Positions 16,644 through 25,385 of a stretch of DNA of 50,092 nucleotides are shown one piece after another. Under the pieces are notes generated by a model, which saw only the letters and a list, made by a program, of their open reading frames with translations, was not told the DNA's origin and searched no databases. Location of the stretch: NCBI GenBank assembly GCA_031404635.1, contig JANNHY010000119.1, forward strand, positions 1 through 50,092. Reading direction: 5' to 3'. Each line of letters opens with the position of its first letter. Positions within the stretch are counted from its first letter, which is position 1. The position numbers and the translations under genes are program-made. The DNA is from Ilumatobacteraceae bacterium. Its GTDB lineage: Bacteria > Actinomycetota > Acidimicrobiia > Acidimicrobiales > Ilumatobacteraceae.

Positions 16644-17188
16644 CTCTGGATCGTGACGACATCGTGGCAGGACTCGGCGAGCTTGCCGGCGAGTTGGATG
16701 CTGTCGGGCTAGAGCTCACGATTCATGTGGTCGGCGGCGCTGCAATCGCATTGGAGTACAACACCGATCGCCAAGCAACCAGCGACATCGACGCCTGGGT
16801 CAACGCCCGACCAGTGGTCCGCGAACAGGTTGTTGATGTGGTGAAACAGATCGCCATCCGTCGACGCTGGCCCGACGATTGGCTCAACGAGAAGGCCGTG
16901 ATGTTCATCCCAGAAGGCGTCGGCGCCGGCCCCGAGGATTGGCGGCCGACACTCGAGGTTGGCAAGGTACGCGTCTTCGTCGCGCAGCCAATGGTGCTGT
17001 TGGCGATGAAGCTCCGCGCAGGTCGAGGAAGACGAGACCTCCCCGATCTCGAACCGCTCCTCGCTGCCTCGGGGCTTCACACGATTGAGGACGTCCAAGA
17101 AACCTTCGATGGCTACTACCCGCACGACGACATGAGGCCGCTCTCTCGTCACTGGCTCGAACAGAACCTGCCACATCGCACCCCATGA
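16640..17188 (+). CDS. minimal nucleotidyltransferase-fold protein (AbiEii/MenT-like or DUF-type NTase; putative toxin)
   Basis: The motif VVGGAAIALEYNTDRQATSDIDAWV fits the GG-x(n)-D-x-D nucleotidyltransferase signature. The protein is 182 aa and translationally coupled to the XRE gene. Confidence 0.6.
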   Translation: MTLDRDDIVAGLGELAGELDAVGLELTIHVVGGAAIALEYNTDRQATSDIDAWVNARPVVREQVVDVVKQIAIRRRWPDDWLNEKAVMFIPEGVGAGPEDWRPTLEVGKVRVFVAQPMVLLAMKLRAGRGRRDLPDLEPLLAASGLHTIEDVQETFDGYYPHDDMRPLSRHWLEQNLPHRTP

Positions 17189-17217
17189 CCCGGCCGCCTG
17201 TCACCTCGGATGATTCG

Positions 17218-17289
17218 TGCCCCCCCGGGGTCTCGAACCCCGAACCAACGGATTAAAAGTCCGCTGCTCTACCGTTGAGCTAGAGGGGC
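17218..17289 (-). tRNA. tRNA-Lys (anticodon UUU)
   Basis: The reverse complement is GCCCCTC TA GCTC AACGGTA GAGC A GCGGA CTTTTAA TCCGT TGGTT CGGGG TTCGAGA CCCCG GGGGGGC A. It folds into a full cloverleaf with a 7-bp acceptor stem (one G-U) and a TTCGAGA T-loop. CCA is not encoded. Confidence 0.93.
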
Positions 17290-17378
17290 CAACGGGCCGC
17301 CCAATACTACGGTGAACGATGGCCCCCGCGTTTGTCTGCGGCATCGGGCGAGCAAGGCGCGGCCTGACCCGCCCGCGG

Positions 17379-17864
17379 TCACCGGGCGGTGAGGTGCGGG
17401 TGGTCGTCGGGGAAAACGGGGGAGCGCTGCTTCACGGCGAGCGCTCGGACCGCCAGCTCGACCAGTTCGTCGGCACCGAGCGCGGCCCGCATGCGAGCGA
17501 ACACCGTCTCTTCCTCGATCAGGAAGTGGGCCTTGATGTCGAGCAGCAACGCGCTGCCACGCTTGGTGAACCCGAAACCGGCGGGGGCGAGGCTGCGCAT
17601 CTCGGCGAGAAGCCCGTTCACCTCTTCGTGCTCGCCCATCCGGCGGGCGAGGGTGCTGTCACCGGCCGCCTCGAAAGCGGCCTGGAACGCTGGGAACACC
17701 ACCTGTTGCTCGGCCGCCTCATGCGCGGCCAGCTCCTCGGCGATGCGCAGGAACAGGCGGCGAATCTCGGCGGGATCATCTGTAGCGTCGAGCTGCTCGA
17801 CGAGTTCGCCGATCATCCGGTGGTCGCGTTCCAGGAGTTCGATGACGTCGATCTGGTGGGTCAT
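17379..17864 (-). CDS. hemerythrin domain-containing protein
   Basis: The ATG at 17864 is preceded by AGGAAAGGA. His/Glu-rich four-helix motifs are LLERDHRMIGEL, AAHEAAEQQV, GEHEEVNGLL and KAHFLIEEE. Confidence 0.8.
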   Translation of the reverse strand: MTHQIDVIELLERDHRMIGELVEQLDATDDPAEIRRLFLRIAEELAAHEAAEQQVVFPAFQAAFEAAGDSTLARRMGEHEEVNGLLAEMRSLAPAGFGFTKRGSALLLDIKAHFLIEEETVFARMRAALGADELVELAVRALAVKQRSPVFPDDHPHLTAR

Positions 17865-18066
17865 CGCTGGATCCTTTCCTCGGCGCTGAAGGCCGAACAC
17901 GGTCATGCTCATTCTGTCCCGTGATCGGTTCCAGCGACAGTGCCAAAGGTCCATACGGCGCAACGGCGGCGGCGGCCAAATGGTCGCCGATCAGGGACGG
18001 AAGGCCCGGTACAGCGCCGACCGTGGTTCGGTACCATCACTACGAATCGCCAAGAGGGAGCGCCCG

Positions 18067-18930
18067 ATGACCGACGACCACGCCGCCAGCGCGGCGAGCA
18101 ACCCGGGTCACGATGTGATGTCCAACACCAAGCTGTCGGCCGACGTGCACCGACTGGTCGTGCGCGCACCCCGCGTCGCCACCAAGCGCCAGCCCGGTCA
18201 GTTCGTCATCGTCCGGCTCGGTCCGGGTGCCGAACGTATTCCGCTGACGATCGCCGACAGCGACTCGGGCGAGGGAACGATCGTGCTCGTCATCCAAGCG
18301 GTAGGCAAGAGCACGTCGGATCTCGTGGCGCTGGCTCCCGGCGACCAGATCCACGACATCGTCGGGCCACTCGGCAAACCGACCGATCTACTCGCCGAGG
18401 GCACCGCGGTCTGCGTAGCCGGTGGGGTCGGCGCCGCCGTGGTGCTGCCGATCGCCCGTCGGCACGCCGAGCTCGGCGTCAAGGTGATAACGGTTCTCGG
18501 CGCGCGCACCAGCGCGAGTGTGCTGTTCGAGGACGAGTTCACTTCCTTCGGTGAGCTGGTCGTGTGCACCGACGACGGCAGCGCAGGGCGAGCCGGATTG
18601 GTCACCGATGCGCTCCGCGATCTCGTCGCGACGCGATCTGTCGATGTCGTGTACGCCGCCGGGCCGGTGCCGATGATGCGGGCCGTCGCCGCGGTCACGG
18701 AGCCGCTAGGTGTGCGCACGATCGTGTCGCTCAATCCGATCATGGTTGACGGCACGGGCATGTGCGGCGGGTGTCGCGTCACGGTCGACGGCGTGATGCG
18801 CTTCGCCTGTGTCGACGGTCCCGAGTTCGACGGACACGACGTCGACTTCGATGAGCTGGCCGATCGGCTCAGCACGTACGGCGAGTCGGAGCGGGCGGCC
18901 GTGACCCACGTGTGCCGGGGGTCGGGATGA
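18067..18930 (+). CDS. sulfide/dihydroorotate dehydrogenase-like FAD/NAD-binding subunit (NfnA/SudB-like)
   Basis: The ATG at 18067 follows AAGAGGGAG. Motifs are RQPGQFVIVRL, CVAGGVGAAVVLPI and a C-terminal [2Fe-2S] motif, DGTGMCGGCRV...FACVDGPEF. Confidence 0.8.
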   Translation: MTDDHAASAASNPGHDVMSNTKLSADVHRLVVRAPRVATKRQPGQFVIVRLGPGAERIPLTIADSDSGEGTIVLVIQAVGKSTSDLVALAPGDQIHDIVGPLGKPTDLLAEGTAVCVAGGVGAAVVLPIARRHAELGVKVITVLGARTSASVLFEDEFTSFGELVVCTDDGSAGRAGLVTDALRDLVATRSVDVVYAAGPVPMMRAVAAVTEPLGVRTIVSLNPIMVDGTGMCGGCRVTVDGVMRFACVDGPEFDGHDVDFDELADRLSTYGESERAAVTHVCRGSG

Positions 18931-20381
18931 TTGACGACGTGACCGGCGAGCCCCTCACGAAGCGTCAGCGCATGGCCATCGGCCGTCAGGAGATGCCCAC
19001 CCGCGACCCGCACCAGCGGTCGGCGAGCTTCGACGAGGTCAACCTCGGGTTCACCGAGCACCTGGCGATGCTCGAGGCGCAGCGGTGCCTGGCGTGCAAG
19101 CGGGCGACATGCGTCGAAGGTTGCCCGGTGAGTGTCGACATCCCCACATTCGTCGCCAACATCGAGGCGGGCGACCTCGCCGGGGCGGCCCGCGTCCTCT
19201 TCGCTGACAACGCGCTACCCGGGGTGACCGGCCGGGTGTGCCCGCAAGAACATCAGTGCGAGGCAGAGTGCGTGCGGGGCCGCAAAGGCGCTCCGGTCGC
19301 CATCGGCCACCTCGAACGCTTCGTCGCCGACTGGGCCAAGGGCCATGTGCACGAGGAACCACTTTCGGTCGAGAAGTCGGGCAAACGCGTGGTCATCGTC
19401 GGGGCCGGCCCGGGCGGCCTGACAGCAGCGGGGGAACTGGCCCGGCGCGGTCACGACGTGACGATCTACGAAGCACTGCATCTGCCCGGTGGTGTGCTGT
19501 CGTACGGCATCCCCGAGTTCCGGTTGCCCAACGACATCGTCGAGCACGAGGTGATCCGGCTCGAGGCCCTCGGCGTGCACATCGAGTGCAATGTGGTGAT
19601 CGGGCGCACCTACACGCTCGACGAACTGCGTGACGACTTCGACGCCGTCTTCATCTCGGTCGGTGCGGGGCTGCCGGTATTCCTCGACATGCCTGGCGAG
19701 GGACTCAAGGGGGTCTACTCGGCGAACGAATACCTGACCCGCGTCAACCTGATGCAGGCCTACGCTTTCCCGGATGCCGACACGCCGGTCCTGCACGGCG
19801 AGCGGGTGGTCGTGATCGGTGGGGGCAACGTGGCCCTCGACGCGGTCCGCACGGCCCGTCGCCTCGGCGCCGGAGGAGCCACGATCGTCTACCGGCGCGG
19901 CCTCCCGGAGATGCCGGCGCGGGTCGAGGAGATCCACCACGCCGAGGAGGAGGGTGTGTCGTTCGAGTTCCAAGTGAACCCGGTCGCCATCGAAGGTGAC
20001 TCCGACCGCTGGGTCACCGGGTTGCGGTGTGTCGACACCGAACTCGGCGAGCCTGATGCGTCGGGCCGACGAGCACCGGTGCCGATCGAGGGATCGGAAC
20101 GGGTCATACCGTGTGACACCGTGGTCGTCGCTGTCGGCACCCGCGCCAACCCACTGCTCACATCGTCGTCTCCTGACCTCGCCCTCACCAGTCGTGGCTA
20201 CCTCGCGGCCGACGAGCACGGCATGACCAACCTGCCTGGCGTGTTCGCCGGCGGCGACATCGTGCGTGGCTCGGCCACGGTGATCCTGGCGATGGGCGAC
20301 GGCAAGCGCATCGCCGGCGCGATCCACGAATACCTGTGCGGGACCAACGTCGAGCTCAGCGCAAGGCGAGACACTCGCTGA
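18927..20381 (+). CDS. NADPH-dependent glutamate synthase small-chain-like oxidoreductase (NfnB/SudA/GltD-like)
   Basis: The ATG at 18927 overlaps the upstream stop (ATGA). Fe-S motifs are CLACKRATCVEGCPV and RVCPQEHQCEAEC. Dinucleotide folds are VVIVGAGPGGLTAAGEL and VVVIGGGNVALDA, plus GVFAGGD. Confidence 0.9.
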   Translation: MIDDVTGEPLTKRQRMAIGRQEMPTRDPHQRSASFDEVNLGFTEHLAMLEAQRCLACKRATCVEGCPVSVDIPTFVANIEAGDLAGAARVLFADNALPGVTGRVCPQEHQCEAECVRGRKGAPVAIGHLERFVADWAKGHVHEEPLSVEKSGKRVVIVGAGPGGLTAAGELARRGHDVTIYEALHLPGGVLSYGIPEFRLPNDIVEHEVIRLEALGVHIECNVVIGRTYTLDELRDDFDAVFISVGAGLPVFLDMPGEGLKGVYSANEYLTRVNLMQAYAFPDADTPVLHGERVVVIGGGNVALDAVRTARRLGAGGATIVYRRGLPEMPARVEEIHHAEEEGVSFEFQVNPVAIEGDSDRWVTGLRCVDTELGEPDASGRRAPVPIEGSERVIPCDTVVVAVGTRANPLLTSSSPDLALTSRGYLAADEHGMTNLPGVFAGGDIVRGSATVILAMGDGKRIAGAIHEYLCGTNVELSARRDTR

Positions 20382-20430
20382 CCGACGACAACTTTCCCCG
20401 CCTGTAGTCGAGGCGGACCATAATGGGGCG

Positions 20431-23148
20431 ATGGGGATCGGTCGGCGCGGGACTGTGGTTGTGGGCCGCGGTACTGAGTTGGCGCTGCTCAGCGGTGTGC
20501 TGCGCAACCTCGATCGCGGCACCGGGGTAACGATCAGGTTGCGCGGCGACGTGGGAATCGGCAAGACCACCATGCTCGACTGGGTGACCGTGCAGGCTCG
20601 CGCTGCTGTTGTTCGCCTAACCGGATCGGAGTCCGAGGCAGAGTTGGCCTATTCGGGGCTGGCCTCGATGCTCAAGGCATTCGAGGTACTTCACGTTGCG
20701 GTGCCCAGCCCGCACGCTCGGGTGCTGGCCGGGGCGATCGGCCGCGGGTCGACACAGGGCCAACTGGCAGTCGGCGGCGCCACCCTCGCCGCGATCGCAG
20801 CTGCCGGCGAGCAGGCGCCACTCGTGTTACTGATCGACGATGCCCAGTGGCTGGATGAGCCATCCTCCTCGGCGCTGGCGTTTGCCCTACGACGGCTGCC
20901 CGACGAGCCGGTGGTGGCGGTCATCACCGAGCGCTCCGACATGCCGTCGAAGTTCGACAGTGCCGGCTTCGAAACCATCGAGCTCAAGGGTCTCAACGTC
21001 GACGATGCGATTGCGATGTTGGGCACCGAAACGGACCGCGCCGTCGCTCAGCGATGTGTCGACGCTGCGGGAGGCAGCCCGTTGGCGCTGGGTGAGCTGG
21101 CAAGTCTTCTGGATCGCGATCAGCTCGCCGGGCGCTGCCCGCTACCGAACGACCTGCCTGTCGGCAACGGGCTGATCCGCTCGTTCGTCGATCGCATCAT
21201 TGCCCTCGACCCGAGCGCCCAGAGAGGCTTGGGCGTGGTCGCAGCTGCGCTCGACCCAACGGCCGCCGACATCCACGCCGCCGCTGATCGAATTGGGGCC
21301 ACCGTCGCCGATCTCAGCGCTGGCGAGGCGGCCGGTGTTATCAGCGTGTCGTCGGAGCACATCGAACTGACCCATCCGCTGATGCGTTCGGCGATACGCG
21401 ACGCGATCGGTCCGCAAGCGATGCGCGACGCACACGCTGCCTTGGCCGAGGTGGTAGGTGACGCCGACAAGCGAGCGTGGCACCTGGCATCGGCGACGGC
21501 GGGCCCCGACGCAGTCGTTGCCGATGCCCTCGAACAGGTCGCAACCGTCGCCGACCGCGGTGGGGCCTGGTCGGCTGCGGCCGTCACATGGGAACGGGCG
21601 GCGGCATTGTCGACGGATCTGGCAAAGCGTCATCGCCGCCTGCTAGCCGCTGGCGCGTCGCGTTGGAACGCCTCTGACCCGTACGGGGCGATCGCGGTGC
21701 TCGACGAGGTGGTGGCGTTGTCTGACGACGTGTTGGTTCGATCCGATGCCATCAGCATTCGCTCCGATGGGATTGCCTGGATGATCGATCAGGACCGCGG
21801 TATCGCCGAGCTGGCCGACGAGGCCCACCGGATGTCCACCATCGATCCGTCGCGTTCCATCGGCCTGTTCATCCGCGCCGCGTTGCACGGCGGCCTCTCC
21901 GGCCGACCGGTTGATTGTCAACGGCACGCTCAGTCAGCTGTCGAGGTGGCGCACCAACTCGGGCTACCGATGATCGTCGCCGCCAAGGCGGTCCGGGCGA
22001 TGTCATCGCAGCGGCTCGGCGACCGCGACGGCGCCGAGGCCGATTTCGACGCGGCCCGCGTCCTCGGCTCGCTGCCGGTCGAGATGCTCGGTGCCCAGCT
22101 ACTTCCTCTTCTCCAAGCACTGGCCGTCGCCCTATTGACTCAGGAACGGTGGACCGAGGCCAACGAGATACTCGACCTGTCGATGACTGCCGCCCGACGT
22201 CACGGGCTGGCTTCGGTGCTCGGCTTCAGCGGCGCGCTGCAGGGTGAGCTGTATCTCCGCAGCGGGCGGTTGACCGACGCTGTGCTGTCCTCCCTGCTCG
22301 ACGTCGATCTCAACGACACTCCCGACTTGCCAACGGCGTCGTTCGGTCAAGCCGTTCTGTCGAGAGTCGAGGCTGTACTCGGGCGCACGCAGAGCGCGCG
22401 CATGCATGCAGAATCGGCCATTGCTCGCGCCCGACGAGTCGGGCTGGGGGTACTCGAGACGTGGGCGCTGTCAGCCCTCGGTCACGTCGCCCTCACCACC
22501 GGCAGGTATCTCGAAGCAGCCGAGCACTTCCGCCGCGTCCACCGCCTGCACGCCGGCGTGCTCGATGCCGGTGACCTGTGGTATCAGGGCGATCTGCTCG
22601 AAGCGTTGTTCGCCATCGGCGCTGTCGACGAGGCGGCCGCTGTGGTCGCCGATGTCGCCGAGAAGGCCGAGCGAAGCGGGTCGAAGTGGGGCGCAGCGGT
22701 CGTTCTGCGTGGGCAGGGAATGCTGCACGGCCGCCCTGCCGATCTGCACGACTCCGCCGAGCAACTTGCCGCGCTGGGTGCACCGTGCGAGCAAGCCCGG
22801 AGCTTGTTGCTACTCGGCGAGCGCCACGGCGATCACCAGGCATCGAGCGCCGCTTTGCGCATCTTCGAGCGAATCGGCGCCGACCCGTGGGCCGCCCAGG
22901 CCAGGCGCATCGCCGGGCCAGTTGCCCCGACCAGTTCGTCGCTGGCCTCGCGGTTGACCAACGACGAGTTGCGTGTCGCCGTATCGATCGCCCGCGGTCG
23001 CAGCATCCGGCAAGTAGCCGACGAGCTGTACCTCAGCCCGAAGACGGTCGACGCACATCTCCACGCAATCCTGCCCAAGCTCGGGGTGCGCGATCGGGCC
23101 GAACTGACGATGCTGGTCAACCGCGACATCGAGCAGGCGCCGGTCTGA
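20431..23148 (+). CDS. LAL-type (large ATP-binding LuxR family) transcriptional regulator
   Basis: N-terminal P-loop GDVGIGKTT and Walker-B-like LLIDDAQWLD, a long helical/TPR-like middle, and a C-terminal LuxR HTH, LTNDELRVAVSIARGRSIRQVADELYLSPKTVDAHLHAILPKLGV. Confidence 0.9.
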   Translation: MGIGRRGTVVVGRGTELALLSGVLRNLDRGTGVTIRLRGDVGIGKTTMLDWVTVQARAAVVRLTGSESEAELAYSGLASMLKAFEVLHVAVPSPHARVLAGAIGRGSTQGQLAVGGATLAAIAAAGEQAPLVLLIDDAQWLDEPSSSALAFALRRLPDEPVVAVITERSDMPSKFDSAGFETIELKGLNVDDAIAMLGTETDRAVAQRCVDAAGGSPLALGELASLLDRDQLAGRCPLPNDLPVGNGLIRSFVDRIIALDPSAQRGLGVVAAALDPTAADIHAAADRIGATVADLSAGEAAGVISVSSEHIELTHPLMRSAIRDAIGPQAMRDAHAALAEVVGDADKRAWHLASATAGPDAVVADALEQVATVADRGGAWSAAAVTWERAAALSTDLAKRHRRLLAAGASRWNASDPYGAIAVLDEVVALSDDVLVRSDAISIRSDGIAWMIDQDRGIAELADEAHRMSTIDPSRSIGLFIRAALHGGLSGRPVDCQRHAQSAVEVAHQLGLPMIVAAKAVRAMSSQRLGDRDGAEADFDAARVLGSLPVEMLGAQLLPLLQALAVALLTQERWTEANEILDLSMTAARRHGLASVLGFSGALQGELYLRSGRLTDAVLSSLLDVDLNDTPDLPTASFGQAVLSRVEAVLGRTQSARMHAESAIARARRVGLGVLETWALSALGHVALTTGRYLEAAEHFRRVHRLHAGVLDAGDLWYQGDLLEALFAIGAVDEAAAVVADVAEKAERSGSKWGAAVVLRGQGMLHGRPADLHDSAEQLAALGAPCEQARSLLLLGERHGDHQASSAALRIFERIGADPWAAQARRIAGPVAPTSSSLASRLTNDELRVAVSIARGRSIRQVADELYLSPKTVDAHLHAILPKLGVRDRAELTMLVNRDIEQAPV

Positions 23149-23202
23149 GTAGAGTCCGCACCCCTAGGCCGCCTTGGTCGCAATTCCGGCGGTCTACCCA
23201 CT

Positions 23203-23304
23203 CGATGAGGGATGAGCCGCGCGGCGACGCACATTTCTCATCGCGGAATGCACCGAGCGATCGCGATGAGAAATGTGCGCTGCGGAACGGCTCATCGCTC
23301 ATCG
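23203..23304. repeat. nested-palindrome GATGAG-rich repeat element, copy 1
   Basis: Outer arms are cgatgagggatgagccg (23203-23219) and cggctcatcgctcatcg (23288-23304), with one mismatch. Inner arms gcacatttctcatcgcg (23229-23245) and cgcgatgagaaatgtgc (23262-23278) are perfect. A second copy lies at 32622-32728. Confidence 0.85.
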
Positions 23305-23344
23305 CAGGGGTTTGCGAGCGGCGGCCAGATCCCGCCAGAACGGG

Positions 23345-24490
23345 CTAAACGAGCTCGCTCAGCAGGACCAATCCGTCGAACACGTCGGTGAACCGAGTCG
23401 TCAGTGGGGAGCACCCGATACGGACGATGTCGGGGTCGCGGAAGTCGGTGACCACGCCTCTACCGGCGAGTTCGGCGACGAGGCGCTTGGCACTCGGGTG
23501 GTGCACCGCCAGGTGACCACCCCGGCAAGCCGGGTCGCGAGGGGTTGACGAGTTCAGGCCCAGCTGGTCGCACAACCCCAGACCGAACCCGGTCAGCGCT
23601 TGCGCCTTGGCCGCGATCGCCTCGATTCCCACCTCGACCGCCAAGGCGATTCCTTCCTCGGCGGCAGCGAGGGCGAGAATCGGCGGCGTGCCCAGCAGCA
23701 ACCGGCGAATGTCTGGCTGCGGCGCGAACGTCGGCCCCATCGCGAACTGATCGGTCTGGGCGAACCATCCCCAGATCGGCTGAGGCAGCGTCGGCTGCAA
23801 GTCAGTGGCCACATAGCTGAAAGCCGGCGCCCCCGGCCCGCCGTTGAGGTACTTGTAGGTACAGCCGACGGCCAGTTGCACGCCGGCAGCGCCGAGGTTG
23901 ATCGCCAGCAGCCCGGCAGCGTGCGAGAGATCCCACAGCACGATCGCACCGGCCGCGCCCGCCCGGGCGGTCTCGCCGTTAACGTCGGCCAGTTCCGAAG
24001 TGCGGTAGTCAACGACCGAACGGACGCTCACGGCAACGTCGTCGAGACGATCGAAGTGGTCGCGCACCTGCAAACCACGCGCCGCAGCGATGCCGTCGAC
24101 CACGTAGCGATCCGTCGGGAACTCGGCGGAGCCGATGGCGATCACCCCGCGACCGGGTCGCAACGCGCACGCCGCATCGAGGAGTTGGTAGAGGTTGACG
24201 GTCGTCGAGTCGTGAACGACCACCTCTCCGGGTGCGGCGCCGATCAGCGGTGCCAGGCGGTCGCCAACCCGTTGAGGAAGATCGACCCAGTGTTCCCACG
24301 AACGGCTCAAACCAGATGCCCACTCGTCACGCACCACACGCTCGAGCCGTTCAATGGTGCGCAGCGGCGTCATCCCGAGCGAATTGCCGTCGAGATAGAC
24401 CAAAGAGCGGTCGGCGATCAAGAACTGGTCACGCCGGCTCGACAATGGGTCGGAATCGTCGAGCGCCACCGCGTCGTCACGGGTCGGCAT
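23345..24490 (-). CDS. kynU: kynureninase
   Basis: Translation has YLDGNSLGMTP, DLSHAAG and GCTYKYLNGGPGAPAF (PLP Lys). The ATG at 24490 is preferred over the TTG at 24502, which would overlap the ligase gene. Confidence 0.85.
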   Translation of the reverse strand: MPTRDDAVALDDSDPLSSRRDQFLIADRSLVYLDGNSLGMTPLRTIERLERVVRDEWASGLSRSWEHWVDLPQRVGDRLAPLIGAAPGEVVVHDSTTVNLYQLLDAACALRPGRGVIAIGSAEFPTDRYVVDGIAAARGLQVRDHFDRLDDVAVSVRSVVDYRTSELADVNGETARAGAAGAIVLWDLSHAAGLLAINLGAAGVQLAVGCTYKYLNGGPGAPAFSYVATDLQPTLPQPIWGWFAQTDQFAMGPTFAPQPDIRRLLLGTPPILALAAAEEGIALAVEVGIEAIAAKAQALTGFGLGLCDQLGLNSSTPRDPACRGGHLAVHHPSAKRLVAELAGRGVVTDFRDPDIVRIGCSPLTTRFTDVFDGLVLLSELV

Positions 24491-24494
24491 GGGC

Positions 24495-25385
24495 CTATTC
24501 AACCAACGCGATGAAACTGGAATGACGCACGTAACCGTCGTTGGTGAATTCGGTGATTTCGACCGTGGCCCGCAACTCGGGGCGCACCCAGATCGCCTCC
24601 CGCGAGTACTCGCGAGGCGGTAGCGACAGGAACGGGCAGGTGTCGCTGCGAAGACTGGTCAGCAAGGCCGACAAGTCGCGCAGTGTGCGCTCGTTGAATC
24701 CTGTTCCGACTCCACCGGCAAACCGCAGACCGTCGACGTCGGGCACGCCGACCAACAGCGCGCCGAACGTGGTGCTGCGATTGCCACTGCCGAGCTTGTA
24801 ACCGCCGATGATCATCTCGACGGTGCGCCTGTTCTTCACTTTCCGCCAGCTCGGCGTCCGCTTACCCGGCACATAGACGCTGCCGAGCAGCTTGGCCATG
24901 ACACCTTCCAGACCGCGCTCGACGGTTGCCGTCAGCAGCGCCGCGCCATCGCCGATCCGGTGCGCCGGCACCATCCAGTTCGGCCCCGGTTCCAGCAGGC
25001 CACCCAGCAACTCGCGGCGCTTCTCGTACGGCAGCGCAATCGTGTCGTGGCCGCCGATCGACAGCACATCGAAGGCGTAGAACGCAACCTGGGTGGCGTG
25101 TTGCTGCATCAGGTCGAACCTCGGCCGGCCCTCGGCGTCGAGTACCACCAGCTCACCGTCGATGATCGCCGACGGGGCGTTGACCGCATCGGCGAAGTCG
25201 GCCAATTCGGGATACTTGGCGGTCACGTCGAGCAGATTGCTGCTCTGCCACCGGCTTCGGCCGGCGGCGACGAACGCCAACGTGCGGTAGCCATCCCACT
25301 TGATCTCGTAGGCCCAGTTCTTGTCGTCTGGAGGCAGGGTGCCGATGGCGGCTTTCATCGGCGCGACCGGAAAGCGCAAGGTCAT
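24495..25385 (-). CDS. ATP-dependent DNA ligase, stand-alone LigD-ligase-domain type
   Basis: Motif I is YEIKWDGYR (adenylation Lys), followed by IIDGELVV, AFDVL, EGVMAK and SWRKVK. The protein is 296 aa with no polymerase or phosphoesterase domains. The ATG overlaps the upstream stop (ATGA). Confidence 0.85.
   Translation of the reverse strand: MTLRFPVAPMKAAIGTLPPDDKNWAYEIKWDGYRTLAFVAAGRSRWQSSNLLDVTAKYPELADFADAVNAPSAIIDGELVVLDAEGRPRFDLMQQHATQVAFYAFDVLSIGGHDTIALPYEKRRELLGGLLEPGPNWMVPAHRIGDGAALLTATVERGLEGVMAKLLGSVYVPGKRTPSWRKVKNRRTVEMIIGGYKLGSGNRSTTFGALLVGVPDVDGLRFAGGVGTGFNERTLRDLSALLTSLRSDTCPFLSLPPREYSREAIWVRPELRATVEITEFTNDGYVRHSSFIALVE

Noticed and set aside
15932-17217. A full integrative island or prophage at tRNA-Lys
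   Set aside because: No integrase, excisionase or transposase is present. I could not find a direct repeat of the tRNA 3' end (ggggtctcgaacc...) on the far side of the two-gene module. At most it is a small remnant.
17290-17378. Promoter for tRNA-Lys (TAGTAT on the minus strand at 17304-17309) and a terminator for the hemerythrin gene
   Set aside because: The -10-like hexamer is about 14 nt from the mature 5' end, but I find no convincing -35 and no clear hairpin. The evidence is too weak to list as a feature.
19215-20573. 452-aa minus-strand ORF spanning the NfnB-like gene and the start of the LAL regulator
   Set aside because: It is antisense to two well-supported genes and crosses their intergenic region. 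Its composition is Arg/Pro/Gly/Asp/His-rich with no family motifs.
23117-23302. Small ORFs running through the palindromic repeats (23117-23302 minus; N-terminus of 32633-33466 plus), giving similar peptides (RDEKCA, SSLI, HFSSR)
   Set aside because: The peptide similarity on both strands is a direct consequence of the DNA palindrome. The ORFs have no SD and different lengths, and one continues antisense into coaA.
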